DNA of 64,000 bases. Source: an uncultured Hormoscilla sp. (GTDB lineage: Bacteria; Cyanobacteriota; Cyanobacteriia; Cyanobacteriales; Desertifilaceae). The notes under the pieces were generated by a model. That model saw nothing but the letters and a program-made list of their open reading frames with translations, did no database searches and had not been told where the DNA came from. A program made the position numbers and the translations under genes. The stretch lies in NCBI GenBank assembly GCA_963921275.4, contig OZ001293.3, positions 5,152,001 through 5,216,000 of the forward strand. Direction: 5' to 3'. Below are positions 24,091 to 36,369 of the stretch, in pieces (position 1 is the stretch's first letter; each line of letters begins with the position of its first letter).

Positions 24091-25182
24091 TTGCACAGTG
24101 GTTTTACTGTATTTCTCAGTTTGCTCGTAGAGGCCATACCCTTCCTGCTGCTAGGGGTGTTGCTTTCAGGCTTACTGCTATTTTTTGTCGATGAGCGCAA
24201 ACTGGCCGCACTCATCCCCAAAAACCCCCTACTGGGTGCCTTAGCAGGAAGTTTGATTGGTTTTTTGTTCCCCGTCTGCGAGTGCGGCAATGTACCGGTA
24301 GCTCGTCGCCTGCTGATGCAGGGGTTGCCTGCGTCGGTGGCCGTGGGTTTTTTACTGGCGGCCCCGACAATTAATCCGATCGTAATTTGGTCCACCTGGA
24401 CTGCGTTCCGAGACCAGCCCGAAATTGTCGTCCTGCGAGTCCTATTTTCTCTGGCGAGCGCGACCATCGTGGCCTGGGTCTTCAGTTTTCAAACTGACTT
24501 GCGAGATTTACTGCAACCGAGTATGGTGCGTTCTCTGCCTGAACGCTACAGTGCGGTGTCTCCTGGGATCTTTCGGTGTCCCCCGGGAGCGCTAAAAGCA
24601 CAAAAGGGGGAACACCGAACTCGCACTGCCCAGGAGACACCGAAAGCTACTTTTATATCTCCGGCAACAGCACGGTCGCCCTTGTTACAGTCCGGCACAT
24701 TTATCCTCGATCGACCTGGTAAACCTCTGGGCGTCAATCAGTTACAAATGGAAGCTGGAGTGAAGAGCAAACCTTTACCAGAACGCTGGCGTTTGTTCCT
24801 GGACAATACTATAGAGGAAACCCGGGAGTTGGGAGGCATGTTGGTGATCGGAAGTGCGATCGCCGCCGGCCTTCAAGTCGCCGTGCCCCGGGAGGTCATA
24901 CTCTCGATCGGCAATAGTCCCGTCACCTCGATTCTGGCTATGATGATCTTAGCAGCCCTGGTATCCATTTGCTCTACTGTAGATGCCTTTTTTGCCCTAT
25001 CTTTCGCCTCCACCTTTACCAGTGGTTCTCTGCTCGCTTTCCTCGTCTTTGGCCCGATGATTGACCTGAAAGGCATTGGTCTGATGTTGTCAATCTTCAA
25101 GCAAAGAGCTATATTTTACTTATTTGCCTTGGCGGCGCAGTTAACCTTTGTGTTCGCGTTGATTTATCAAATGCTATATTAG
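24091..25182 (+). CDS. Permease, DUF318/ArsP-like
   Basis: FPVCECGNVPVARR, LAAPTINP, SICSTVDAFFA; carries an in-frame repeat insert. Confidence 0.88.
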   Translation: MHSGFTVFLSLLVEAIPFLLLGVLLSGLLLFFVDERKLAALIPKNPLLGALAGSLIGFLFPVCECGNVPVARRLLMQGLPASVAVGFLLAAPTINPIVIWSTWTAFRDQPEIVVLRVLFSLASATIVAWVFSFQTDLRDLLQPSMVRSLPERYSAVSPGIFRCPPGALKAQKGEHRTRTAQETPKATFISPATARSPLLQSGTFILDRPGKPLGVNQLQMEAGVKSKPLPERWRLFLDNTIEETRELGGMLVIGSAIAAGLQVAVPREVILSIGNSPVTSILAMMILAALVSICSTVDAFFALSFASTFTSGSLLAFLVFGPMIDLKGIGLMLSIFKQRAIFYLFALAAQLTFVFALIYQMLY

Positions 25183-25189
25183 CACAGGA

Positions 25190-25945
25190 GTGATTATGGT
25201 CAAAAGGTCAAAATCCCTGAGGCCGTGGCTAGATATTTTCAGTATCGCAGCTTGGGGTGTTTTGCTGCTGAAATTATGGTTGACTAACAAGTTAAATCTG
25301 CTGATTCACCCAGCTTATCATTGGCTGACGCTCGTGGCGGGATTGGGTCTGCTGCTAGTAAGTGGGTTGCAGGGCAGGGAACTGCTGCGCAAACGGCGTT
25401 ATCGGTTCGCAAACTCTCAACATTTGAGCGCATTTCCTCCGGGCTGGAGTAGCACAATATTATTAGCAACCGCCATTGCGGGTTTCTCGATCAAACCGAC
25501 AGTGTTTTCCAGTCAAACAGCCCTACAGCGAGGCGTAAACGATTTCTTGCCCGTGACAGAATCTCAACCTCAAGCATTTATAAATGCGACTCCACCAGAA
25601 GGGCGATCGCTGATCGATTGGGTCCGGACTCTCAATGTCTATCCCGAACCTGACGCCTATGCTGGCCAAAAGGTGAAAGTGAATGGTTTTGTCATCCATC
25701 TTCCGACCTTGCCAGCAGAATATCTGTTGATTTCTCGCTTTGTGATTACTTGCTGTGCTGCGGATGCTTACCCAGTAGGATTACCTGTTAAGCTGAATTC
25801 CGATCGCAATGATTACCCCCCAGATACCTGGTGGGAAATAGAAGGTAAAATGATTGCTGAAACTTTAGATGGGAAACGCCAACTGACGATCGCCGCTGAC
25901 TCTCTGAAACCAATTTCCGAACCAGAAAATCCTTATAATTATTAG
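25190..25945 (+). CDS. TIGR03943/DUF1980-family membrane protein
   Basis: LLIHP, WVRTLNVYPEPD, RFVITCCAADA. Confidence 0.88.
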   Translation: MIMVKRSKSLRPWLDIFSIAAWGVLLLKLWLTNKLNLLIHPAYHWLTLVAGLGLLLVSGLQGRELLRKRRYRFANSQHLSAFPPGWSSTILLATAIAGFSIKPTVFSSQTALQRGVNDFLPVTESQPQAFINATPPEGRSLIDWVRTLNVYPEPDAYAGQKVKVNGFVIHLPTLPAEYLLISRFVITCCAADAYPVGLPVKLNSDRNDYPPDTWWEIEGKMIAETLDGKRQLTIAADSLKPISEPENPYNY

Positions 25946-25964
25946 GAAGGATGGAAAAGGGAAA

Positions 25965-27491
25965 ATGGACATATCGGAAATTGACAACTTTCAATTCGCA
26001 ATAAAAAAATTAGCAATGATCGATCAAAAATCACTTCAACCGCTAGACAGGGTGGCGATCGCCATAATGACAACTCTGAGTATTGTAATAGTAATTCTGT
26101 TAATGAATGGGGTGTATACAGCACCGCGAGTGCGGAATTTCAGCTGGCAGGATAAAACAGTGAGTGCTGAGGATACTGCTTTTATCTTGACATTCAATCG
26201 GCCTATGGATCGTGAAAGCGTAGAGAATAACATGAAAATCGAGCCGCTGCTGCCGGGAAAAATTAGTTGGGCGGGACGGAAAATGGCTTATACTTTAACT
26301 AATCCCGTTCCCTATGGTACAAGTTTTAATTTGCAGCTGTTGGGGGCTAAAGATAGGCTGATAGGCCAGGAAAAAACTGTAGCAAACCAGCCATTTCTGG
26401 GAAAATTTAAGAGCCGAGATCGGGCTTTGGCCTACATCGGGGTTGATGGGGAAGAAGCAGGACGGTTAGTATTATATAATCTGACTAAGCAGTCAAAAGA
26501 AATTATGACTCCAGAAAAGCTGGTAGTGATGGATTTTCAGCCCTACCCAAGTCGAGATCGGATCCTGTTTGCAGCCAGCGATCGCCCCTTAGCAGACCAA
26601 GGGTTCCTGGAACAAAAATTATATACCGCGACCACAGGTATAACTCCAACATCGAGTCGGCAGAAAGATAAACAAAGGCAGGCAGAAGCTGGGATAATCG
26701 AAACAGTATTAGATAATCAGGATTACCGCAACCTCAAGTTTGACCTGTCTCCAGACGGACAGACAATTGTGGTGCAACGCATTAACCGGCGAGATTCAGG
26801 AGATATGAGTTTGTGGGTAGTTCGTCCAGGGACAAAACCCCAACCTCTCAACAGCAAACCCGGAGGAGAGTTTACCATCACTCCCGATAGTCGGGCGATC
26901 GCCATGACCCAAGGACAAGGTATCGCTATTCTGCCACTTGACCCTGACTTGGAAGAGGTACAACCGATCGATTTTCTACCCAAATTTGGCATGGTACTGG
27001 ACTTCGCCCCAGATGGCTCTGCAGCAATGGTAAAATTTAATCCAGATTACACCAGATCGCTCTTTTTACTGACTAACTCCGAGCAGAAAAAACTCTTAGA
27101 TACTACAGGGTCCATTACTAGCTGCCAGTTTGACCCGAGTAAAACCACCCTCTATTGTCTGCTATCTCAACTGTTCCAGTCTGATGAAATCTACCAGGAG
27201 TTGCCTTATATCGCCGCCATTGACCTGAAAACTGGCAATCAGATACCCCTACTAGCACTACCGACCGATCGGCGAGATATGCAAATCTCTCTGTCGCCAG
27301 ATGGTCTGGCATTGCTATTCGATCAAACTATTACTAACCCTAATGCTGCTCAGGCCATCGGTCAGAATCAAGGCCCGAATAGCAGTCGTCTCTGGCTGCT
27401 ACCTCTGGTAAACATCGCACCACAACAGGGTCAGCAACTGCAACCCCAACAACTGCCCTGGAGAGGCTTTCGCCCCCGCTGGCTGCCCTAA
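25965..27491 (+). CDS. Ig-like-domain plus beta-propeller-like membrane-anchored protein (start possibly 26017)
   Basis: N-terminal TM helix, FILTFNRPMD, repeated SPDG motifs; co-oriented with the two permease genes. Confidence 0.75.
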   Translation: MDISEIDNFQFAIKKLAMIDQKSLQPLDRVAIAIMTTLSIVIVILLMNGVYTAPRVRNFSWQDKTVSAEDTAFILTFNRPMDRESVENNMKIEPLLPGKISWAGRKMAYTLTNPVPYGTSFNLQLLGAKDRLIGQEKTVANQPFLGKFKSRDRALAYIGVDGEEAGRLVLYNLTKQSKEIMTPEKLVVMDFQPYPSRDRILFAASDRPLADQGFLEQKLYTATTGITPTSSRQKDKQRQAEAGIIETVLDNQDYRNLKFDLSPDGQTIVVQRINRRDSGDMSLWVVRPGTKPQPLNSKPGGEFTITPDSRAIAMTQGQGIAILPLDPDLEEVQPIDFLPKFGMVLDFAPDGSAAMVKFNPDYTRSLFLLTNSEQKKLLDTTGSITSCQFDPSKTTLYCLLSQLFQSDEIYQELPYIAAIDLKTGNQIPLLALPTDRRDMQISLSPDGLALLFDQTITNPNAAQAIGQNQGPNSSRLWLLPLVNIAPQQGQQLQPQQLPWRGFRPRWLP

Positions 27492-28204
27492 GAGGTTAAT
27501 GGATAGGACAGGGCAGGGGCGGTTCTACTTCCCTCACCGCAAGCAGATATCGATAGACTGGTAGTGTGTCAAGATTTAATTGATAGGTAAAGACTCTTGA
27601 GCTTTATCCGAGCATCAGTTGTCGTAAATGGCCAGGATATCTGTAACTGCTCACAGCAATAAATAAAGCTTATTGAGAATGGATAACTGGCGATGCTCAT
27701 TGCTATAAACATCCACTGTGTAAAATCGCTCCTTACCATTGCCATATAAGAATTTCAGCTCTCAGGACTACTGTACAACTTCCCCTCGGCTGACAGAGAT
27801 AGGCTTTCCTTGGGATTAAACTAAGCCAACGGGTCACCCCGCCGACTCGTCTTCAGAACCGGACGTGAGACTTTCACCTCATCCGGCTCCTCAGTTTCGC
27901 CATCCTTGTCATGGATACGGCCTTTGTCACCATCTCTGGCAGACTTTACATCATGGCAATAATCATGCAGCAACTGTAGGTTGGTATACCAGTCTTTACC
28001 TCCTTTAGAAACTGGTAGAATATGGTCAACCTCCCATTTGTCGCCATCTTTGAATTTCAGTCCGCAGTGCACACACTTACCATCCTGCTCTTTTAGCAGT
28101 CTGATAACTCTAGCGCTCACATCCGGGCTTTTTCTCAGTCTTTTGCTCCAATAAACCAGATTACCGTCAAACGGGCTAGCTGTCCCCTTAACCTTTACGT
28201 GTCT

Positions 28205-29946
28205 GTGCGATTCGTTCTAGCCTAACGTGGTCAAACACGGAACGCTAGCCCGGTTTCATTAGCCAGGAACTCTGACCGCATGGGGGTTAAATTCCCCTCC
28301 CCCCAGGTACGGGGGTGACACCGGTCCTCGGTGCTACGAAGCGACATCATCGTGGTGCTAAGCGAGGACTCAAATGTAGGATAACTGGCAGCCTAAGCCG
28401 GTGACGCCGCTAGGAAAGATATCCAAGGTTAGAGCAGGCAAACATGTGCAAGCCTCGTTATAAGGAACCAGCGAAATAAGGCTATATGCGCTGGCCTAAA
28501 AAGGAAATGGTAGCTAGTATTAGTTTTAGACTCTGGCTAATATAGTACTCAAATAGCTCCCGGGGTATAGTGTGGACCTAAAGGTATCGCGAAATGTTGT
28601 TAGGGAACGAAGTAACCTCTCGTGTGCTGTCCATCAGGACAAGTTAGATGTTAAGCGCAAGCCACGGGGGGAGGGATGGCCCAAGAAGCGAATGCCCGGG
28701 GTAATTCCTGGGATAACATCTACAGTAATGTAGATGATGCTGGGTAGCCAGCGCTGACGTGGGTCGGTGATACTAGGAAGCTGCTGGAATGAGTAATCCT
28801 AAAAAGCCACGGAACTAATCCGAAACGCAAGTGGAGGATAAGGTATGGATAACTGGTAAAACTGACTTGAAAATGGTGATACTAACGGTTATCAGAACAA
28901 CCACTCGCTAAACCAGGAAAGGGAAGAAAAGACAGGCGGCAAGGGCTAACGGAAGTAATTCCTATTAAGTCTGTGCGATTCGTTCTAGCCTAACGTGGTC
29001 AAACACGGAACGCTAGCCCGGTTTCATTAGCCGGGAACTCTGACCGCATGGGGGTTAAATTCCCCTCCCCCCAGGTACGGGGGTGACACCGGTCCTCGGT
29101 GCTACGAAGCGACATCATCGTGGTGCTAAGCGAGGACTCAAATGTAGGATAACTGGCAGCCTAAGCCGGTGACGCCGCTAGGAAAGATATCCAAGGTTAG
29201 AGCAGGCAAACATGTGCAAGCCTCGTTATAAGGAACCAGCGAAATAAGGCTATATGCGCTGGCCTAAAAAGGAAATGGTAGCTAGTATTAGTTTTAGACT
29301 CTGGCTAATATAGTACTCAAATAGCTCCCGGGGTATAGTGTGGACCTAAAGGTATCGCGAAATGTTGTTAGGGAACGAAGTAACCTCTCGTGTGCTGTCC
29401 ATCAGGACAAGTTAGATGTTAAGCGCAAGCCACGGGGGGAGGGATGGCCCAAGAAGCGAATGCCCGGGGTAATTCCTGGGATAACATCTACAGTAATGTA
29501 GATGATGCTGGGTAGCCAGCGCTGACGTGGGTCGGTGATACTAGGAAGCTGCTGGAATGAGTAATCCTAAAAAGCCACGGAACTAATCCGAAACGCAAGT
29601 GGAGGATAAGGTATGGATAACTGGTAAAACTGACTTGAAAATGGTGATACTAACGGTTATCAGAACAACCACTCGCTAAACCAGGAAAGGGAAGAAAAGA
29701 CAGGCGGCAAGGGCTAACGGAAGTAATTCCTATTAAGTCTACCTATGAAAAGGGCCTAGTACCCAGTAGCCGGATGCGGTGAAAATCGCAAGTCCGGTTC
29801 CTCAAGGGAGGGTCGGGAAGCGATTCCCGGCTCGACCCCATCCACCTATGAAAAGGGCCTAGTACCCAGTAGCCGGATGCGGTGAAAATCGCAAGTCCGG
29901 TTCCTCAAGGGAGGGTCGGGAAGCGATTCCCGGCTCGACCCCATCC
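28205..29946 (+). mobile_element. ORF-less intron 'G' outer copy (28205-28972 plus 29844-29946)
   Basis: GTGCG start; DV/DVI at ~29870-29946. Confidence 0.9.
28973..29843 (+). mobile_element. ORF-less intron 'G' inner copy
   Basis: Complete near-identical copy lying after AAGTCT in domain IV of the outer copy. Confidence 0.88.
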
Positions 29947-31359
29947 GATTATTTCAGTTTCAGAGTATCGGTTTAGCTTCATTCCTCCATCTTCTTTAGA
30001 CTTGCCAGCGAACCTCCACCGGTCTTTCCCGGTCATACCCCAGTACTTACTAGCAATCCATTTGCCCGTTTTGTTAGGATGTCTTCTCTTTGCCCATCGC
30101 CATAACAACTTCCATAAGTAGTTATCCATAGAGCTGTAAGTTTCTTTACTTACCACCGTCCTATAATAGTTGCTCCATCCCCTTATCATCGGGTTTAGTC
30201 TTGCTATTAAGGCCGTTTGCGGTGCCCCTTTATGGCGGCGAACTATCTCTGATAGCTGCTCTTTATGATTCCTTATGGATTTATCGCTAGGCTTGATTAG
30301 GGTCTTGAATCCTAGGGGGGTTCCGTTACAGAGTTTGCCGCTTCTGTGTTTCCCTACTTTATATTGTCGGATATTGAACCCTAAGAAGTCAAATCCAGGG
30401 CTCTCTCCTTCCAATGTGTGGGATATCTTCGTTTTCTCGGCTTTTTGCTCCAGCCCTATTCCCTTCAACCACTCCTCAATCACTCCTTGAGCTTCCTCAA
30501 TCATCGACCGGTCATTATGTATTACCACAAAGTCATCCGCATATCTTACTACGGTTAACTTCTCCTTCTCTCTTTTTGTGTGAGCGAGACCCATTACTAC
30601 CCCTTCCAGCCCATGTAAAGCTATATTGGCTAGTAATGGAGATATAACCCCACCTTGGGGAGTTCCGGCTTCTGTGGATTCCATCCTTCCCCGGTCCATC
30701 ACCCCAGCTTTTAGCCATGCTCGTATTTGTTTACGGATTGGTGACGTAGTATTCAATTTCTTTAGGAGCGCGGAATGGTCAATTTCGTCGAAACACTTCG
30801 CAATATCCGCATCTAACACCCATTTCGATTTTTGACTGATGCTAGCGAATATCGCTGCAACTGCATCATGACATCCCCTACCTGGTCTAAACCCGTAGGA
30901 ATTGGCTTCCATATACGCTTCCCATTCAGGCTCTAGCGCTTCTTTAACCAATCCCTGAAGTGCGCGGTCGTGCATCGTTGGTATTCCTAATGGCCGCTTC
31001 TCCTCCCTTCGTGGCTTCGGTATCCACACTCTTCGTGTGGCTTTTGCCTTCGCCTTTCGAGTAACTTTAATTTGACCTACCAGTTCGATACGTTCTTTTG
31101 GGGTCAGTGCTTTCACACCATCCACACCAGCCGTCTTCTTTCCCTGGTTTTGTTGTGTTACCTGCCGTACCGCTATCATCTTCGCGGACCATGACCTATT
31201 TAGTAATCCTTGGAGCTTACGAACCTTCTGCTTATTACCTTCCAGTGCCGCTCTGTAAATTCGCTTTTGCAGCTTAAAAACTATCCTTTCCAGCTTTCGC
31301 CAGGCGACAGTCTTCCATTCATACTCTTGTCTTTCGACTAAGTTCCGTGACATATTCAC
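29905..31359 (-). CDS. ltrA: Group II intron RT/maturase (RT plus thumb, intact YADD); C-terminal HNH part detached at 27821-28204
   Basis: NQGKKTAGVDG, RPLGIPT, PQGGVISP, RYADD, PMIRGWSNY; frame YSETEII|RHVKVKG is restored when 28205-29946 is removed. Confidence 0.9.
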   Translation of the reverse strand: MNMSRNLVERQEYEWKTVAWRKLERIVFKLQKRIYRAALEGNKQKVRKLQGLLNRSWSAKMIAVRQVTQQNQGKKTAGVDGVKALTPKERIELVGQIKVTRKAKAKATRRVWIPKPRREEKRPLGIPTMHDRALQGLVKEALEPEWEAYMEANSYGFRPGRGCHDAVAAIFASISQKSKWVLDADIAKCFDEIDHSALLKKLNTTSPIRKQIRAWLKAGVMDRGRMESTEAGTPQGGVISPLLANIALHGLEGVVMGLAHTKREKEKLTVVRYADDFVVIHNDRSMIEEAQGVIEEWLKGIGLEQKAEKTKISHTLEGESPGFDFLGFNIRQYKVGKHRSGKLCNGTPLGFKTLIKPSDKSIRNHKEQLSEIVRRHKGAPQTALIARLNPMIRGWSNYYRTVVSKETYSSMDNYLWKLLWRWAKRRHPNKTGKWIASKYWGMTGKDRWRFAGKSKEDGGMKLNRYSETEIIGWGRAGNRFPTLP

Positions 31360-32425
31360 TACTACTTACAACTTCACAATTGACGAGACCGTGAGGGCGT
31401 CAGCTTATCCTATCCATTACAGACAGGCATTTGCTTCTCCACTCAATCTCCCCCAGTTGCGTCCTGCCTTCCGGAGAGCAGATGTTACGCCTGTGGTGGC
31501 TACTCCATCTATCGACCGGTGATGGAGAGTGCTACAACCGGGTTACTTCGTTCCTACAGATGATTGGTCGTAACCTTAGACGGGTTCTCTACGCCGGGTT
31601 TATTGTCAGTGCTTATTGGTCGGGTATACATCCGCCAATGACCAGTATCCTTTCCCTTTTTGGGCCAGTGTATCAGCCTTATTACACTGGATAGGCTTTA
31701 CGACGTTGCAAACCTTCGCTTTACGCTCATCATAGTTACTTGCTCGACGATGACCGGTCTAGGCTCCCAGCCATAGCGCCTTTCCTTCCCGCTTCACGGA
31801 TTGATGCCATCGCTACCGTGGGGAGGGTGCTGTCACTCCTGCACCTGGAGGGGCGGGCTTTCACCACCATCACCTGTAAGTTCTCGGGACTTACGAAATC
31901 CCGGTAGCGGTCCCCCTCCTTGACTTGTGTCAAGTTAGTTTACGCTAAACGAATCGCACGTATACTAGCTTATATGACCTTTACTGCTGCACTACAGACC
32001 TCACAGATGACCTCCGCCATCCCTGCTGACGAGATGGCGAACTATCTGCTGGTGATGGAGTGGATGGTCAAGCAGCAGCAACTGCTCAAACAACAGCAGG
32101 CTAGAATTGAGAAGCAACAGAAAGAACTAGAGGCTCTCGGAAAATTTACAACTCTCCTCCGAGCTGAAGAAACTGAAAAACCGGTCGTCTCAAAACAGTT
32201 CTGTCCCCCCCTCACAAGACCTTCTCAAAAAACCTTCAGCCCCTAGCAAGGGTAAAAAAGGTAAAAAAGGCGGTCCTAAAGATAATCACTTTGGTAAGAC
32301 AGGCTCCGGGATTTGGAGAACCCGATCGCACAGAACAGCTATTGCCTGTAGCTTGTCCCACTTGTGGAGCCCAGGTAGAGCCGGCGACAGGTGCTCCCAA
32401 GAAAGTTCAACAAATCGCAGAACTG

Positions 32426-33347
32426 CATTTGAAACAATTTACAATGGAGTTAGTTTGTTCATTTGTTCAGGTGATGGAGATATTCCATTTTCCATTATGG
32501 ATGAAAATGGGAGATGGAAATCAATCAGACTAAAAACAGTTTGCGAAAACGATAAAAGAGTTCAAAAATAGTTTTAATTTTTCAGGTCTGATGGTAGCAG
32601 ATGCAGCATTATATACACAAGAAAATTTGCAATACTTAGGTAATGTTGAATGGTTGACTCGAGTACCACTAACAATAAAATCAGCTCAAAAGCTAGTCAG
32701 GGAGATGGATAAAGATAATTTAACTCCTAGGGAGCAGGCAGAATATAGTTATGCGGAAGTTAAGCAAAATTATGGAGGTATAGAACAAAGATGGTTAGTG
32801 TTGAAAGTCAAAAATGTCGAGAAGCGGACTTAAAAAGTTTAGAGGAGAAAATTAAAAAAGATTGTTGCTGAAAAAAAATTAAAAGATTTAAGCGAACAAA
32901 AGTTGGCCTGCAAACCGGATGCTATTAAAGCAGCTAATAAGCTATTAAAAAAGTCAAAATTTCATCAATTGACAGAAATCAAGACTCAGTCTATTTTCAT
33001 AAAAGATGATAATGGTTCCTCAGACTGCCACTATCAAATTCAAGCAACTGTTAGCCTTTGTTCAGAAAAAATAGAACAGCTAAAAGACCAGGCCGGTAGG
33101 TTTATTTTAGCAACAAACCGGCTCGATGTTGAGGCGTTAACTCCGTCAAAAATGCTCTCATCATATAAAAATAAACAACAGTCAGTAGAAAGATGCTTTG
33201 CTTTTCTGAAATCCCCGATGTTTTTTGCGGATAGTGTATTTCTCAAATCCCTAAAGCGGATAGAGGTTTTAGGTTTGATTATGGTGTTATCCTTGTTAGT
33301 TTATAAGCTGGTCCAGAGGCAGATAAGGAAGACGCTTAAACAGACAA
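32426..33347 (+). pseudogene. IS1634-family transposase fragments
   Basis: GDGDIP...DGNQSD, VADAALYT, NYGGIEQRWLV, GRFILATN, QQSVERCFAFLKSP. Confidence 0.8.
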
Positions 33348-34336
<989 letters not shown>

Positions 34337-34340
<4 letters not shown>

Positions 34341-35740
34341 GTGTAAAATGAGTTGGAAAAAGTGCGGCGTAGAAAATCGAAGCCCGTGCGGAAGAGACTC
34401 TTCTCGCGTCGTCCATGAGAGCGCAGACGAATCGGCGAACACTCGTGAGTCCAAAAACCTGCCTTCATTGCCCAGGTAAAAGCCAGGCTCAGCAAGGTCA
34501 GCAAGCGGCTTAAACGCTCCGAGTTGTCAAAGTGAAGACAGAAGCCACGGCTCTTCAAGGCTCCAAACATATTTTCAATGCCCCAAGGCTGGGCATAATC
34601 CCGCAGAGCAGTTTCAGGTCGAGCGTCGGTGATGAGGATAAGCAGCTCCCCCGACTCAGGCAGACGAGAGCCAATTACGTAGACCTTTCGTCCCCAAACC
34701 CAGCGGCGACCGGACAGAACACGAGATCCCCCGGCCGCAGAGAGTGAAACATCCGTTCTCCACGACGACGAGTCTTGCCGGACTTGGGGCTGCTCGCTAT
34801 GGCGGATGCGCAGACGGAAGGGAATCTTCGGGTCGAGCAGAAGATAGGAAAGCCATTCCTGGCCGACGAACTCCCGGTCAGCGGTTAGGCAGGCCACCTT
34901 CACTTCCGGAAACAGGGCCTCGAAGCGGTCGAACAAGTCCATGCGCTCGTTACTATTACTGTTGCCTTTCTTATCGAGCATCGTCCACAGCAAAGGGAAA
35001 GCGATGCCCTCGTGGACGACTCCCAGCATCAAAATGTTGAAGTGCGTTTGACCGAAAGACCAACAGGTGCGATCAAGGCTCAACGTCCAGGGGAATGTTG
35101 ATGAGGCTCACCACGAAACGGGCGATTTCTACCAGGTTGAATTCAAATTCACCGAAAAAACGTTGCCATTGCTTGTAATTCGAGGAGATTTGTACAGAGG
35201 TGGCTCCGACAGTGGCTAGTTCGGCTAGATTTACTGTCTTGGCTTGAAACAGCGCCATCAGGAACAGGCAAACAAAGTTTAATCGCGCTCCGTGCCAGTG
35301 AAGGTTCCGACGCAAGGTGTCCCGTAATCGGTTAAGCTCGTTCATGAGAGGAGAGATGGTGTTGTGGTGATTCCTATCTAACCCCTGAGGGGGCGACATG
35401 AGCCCTCAAAAGCTTACTAGATAAGGCTTTGAGGCCAATAGATTCGTCCAAGATACAGTCGCATCAGTACCATCCTTTCATTTTCATGAAGCTCAAACCC
35501 TTATAACTACGTCGTCTGTCTGCCCAAAACAGCATGTATCTTGTTGAAGCTTATGGGCTGAAATTCTTACGCTCGTATGGATTTCAGCAGGCATGTCGCC
35601 CCTCCAGATCTAACCCTCTCACCTCCACTTCGCGCTACTCCCACTCTGCTCGGTTTCCACCTCACCTCTGAGCCCTCTCTCCCGCACTCGGCGCTCTATT
35701 CCCGTATCGGTAAGGCTTTCAGCATTTTTGTCCTGTACTT
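34337..35740 (-). pseudogene. IS4-family transposase, frameshifted, with left end
   Basis: WHGARLNF, LDRTCWSFG, LTADREFVG, WGIENMFGALKSRGF. Confidence 0.8.
35388..35604. mobile_element. Putative MITE
   Basis: Inverted ends GAGGGGGCGACATG / CATGTCGCCCCTC around ~190 bp of non-coding DNA. Confidence 0.55.
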
Positions 35741-35860
35741 AGAGGTCGTTTGACTGATAGACCAACTTTGCGTTGGATATTTCAATGTTTTCAGTCAATT
35801 CATATCTATATCGATCGCGGCATTAAACAGATTTCAAATATTAATGAAGAGCGTTTACAT

Positions 35861-36363
35861 TAGATATCTCCAAAAATAAAACCATTGCCAGTTCTGGGTT
35901 TCAACCTCCGCTTCGCATTCTCACATATATTACTCAGACGATAGCATCGGGGTTTGATAGAGTTCCTGTCAATAAAGCGCTCCAAATATGGTATTGATTA
36001 ATCTCAATTTTACCAGAGCCATCACCAGATTCTGATACTTCTAAAATCAACGCGCGCAATCTAACCAATCCACATCACAGCAAATACAACCAGATTGAGC
36101 GGTGTTGGGCGGCACTGGAAAACTATTGGAACGGAGCTATCTTAGATTAAGTTGAAGCTGCTATTCAATGGGCTAGCAATATGACCTGGAAAGGCATTAA
36201 ACCGATTGTTCATTTGGTCACAACTACCTAGGAAACTGGGGTTAAGGTCTTGGCAGATGCATTAGAACCCTACAAAGTCTTTTGGCAATGCTCTGAAAAC
36301 TTGCCCAAATGGGATATCACCATTGTCCCCTCCTGACTGGTATCTTATTTTCCCGCAAGTCCC
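35861..36363. pseudogene. ISL2-like end followed by an ISAzo13 3' fragment
   Basis: TAGATATCTCCAAAAA homologous to 11639; HSKYNQIERCWAALENYWNG with internal stops. Confidence 0.65.
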
Positions 36364-36369
36364 TAACCA

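Larger units (their letters stand above)
27815..31959 (-). mobile_element. Group II intron 'F' (IIB/CL-like, RT-encoding) with antisense nested ORF-less introns
   Basis: GTGCGATTCGTTTAG at 31959; DV/DVI ending TTTAAT at 27815; EBS1-like GTATAC loop matches the 5' exon GTATAC. Confidence 0.92.
27643..32425 (+). mobile_element. IS66-like remnant hosting intron F
   Basis: GTAACTGCTCAC end at 27643 and transposase N-terminus from ~31970, both homologous to 9471-10215. Confidence 0.65.

Noticed and set aside
24082..24093. Possible ATG-to-ATA loss of the permease start codon (ATA AAT AAG TTG)
   Set aside because: An in-frame TTG follows, and this cannot be judged without orthologue alignment
27821..28120. 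Stand-alone 99-aa HNH genes (also 59480-59779)
   Set aside because: They are the detached C-terminus of the intron F ORF
28205..29946. Simple tandem duplication, or a DGR template/variable repeat pair near an RT
   Set aside because: Order is 5'-5'-3'-3' and copies are near-identical with no adenine-specific changes; the RT is a group II intron type
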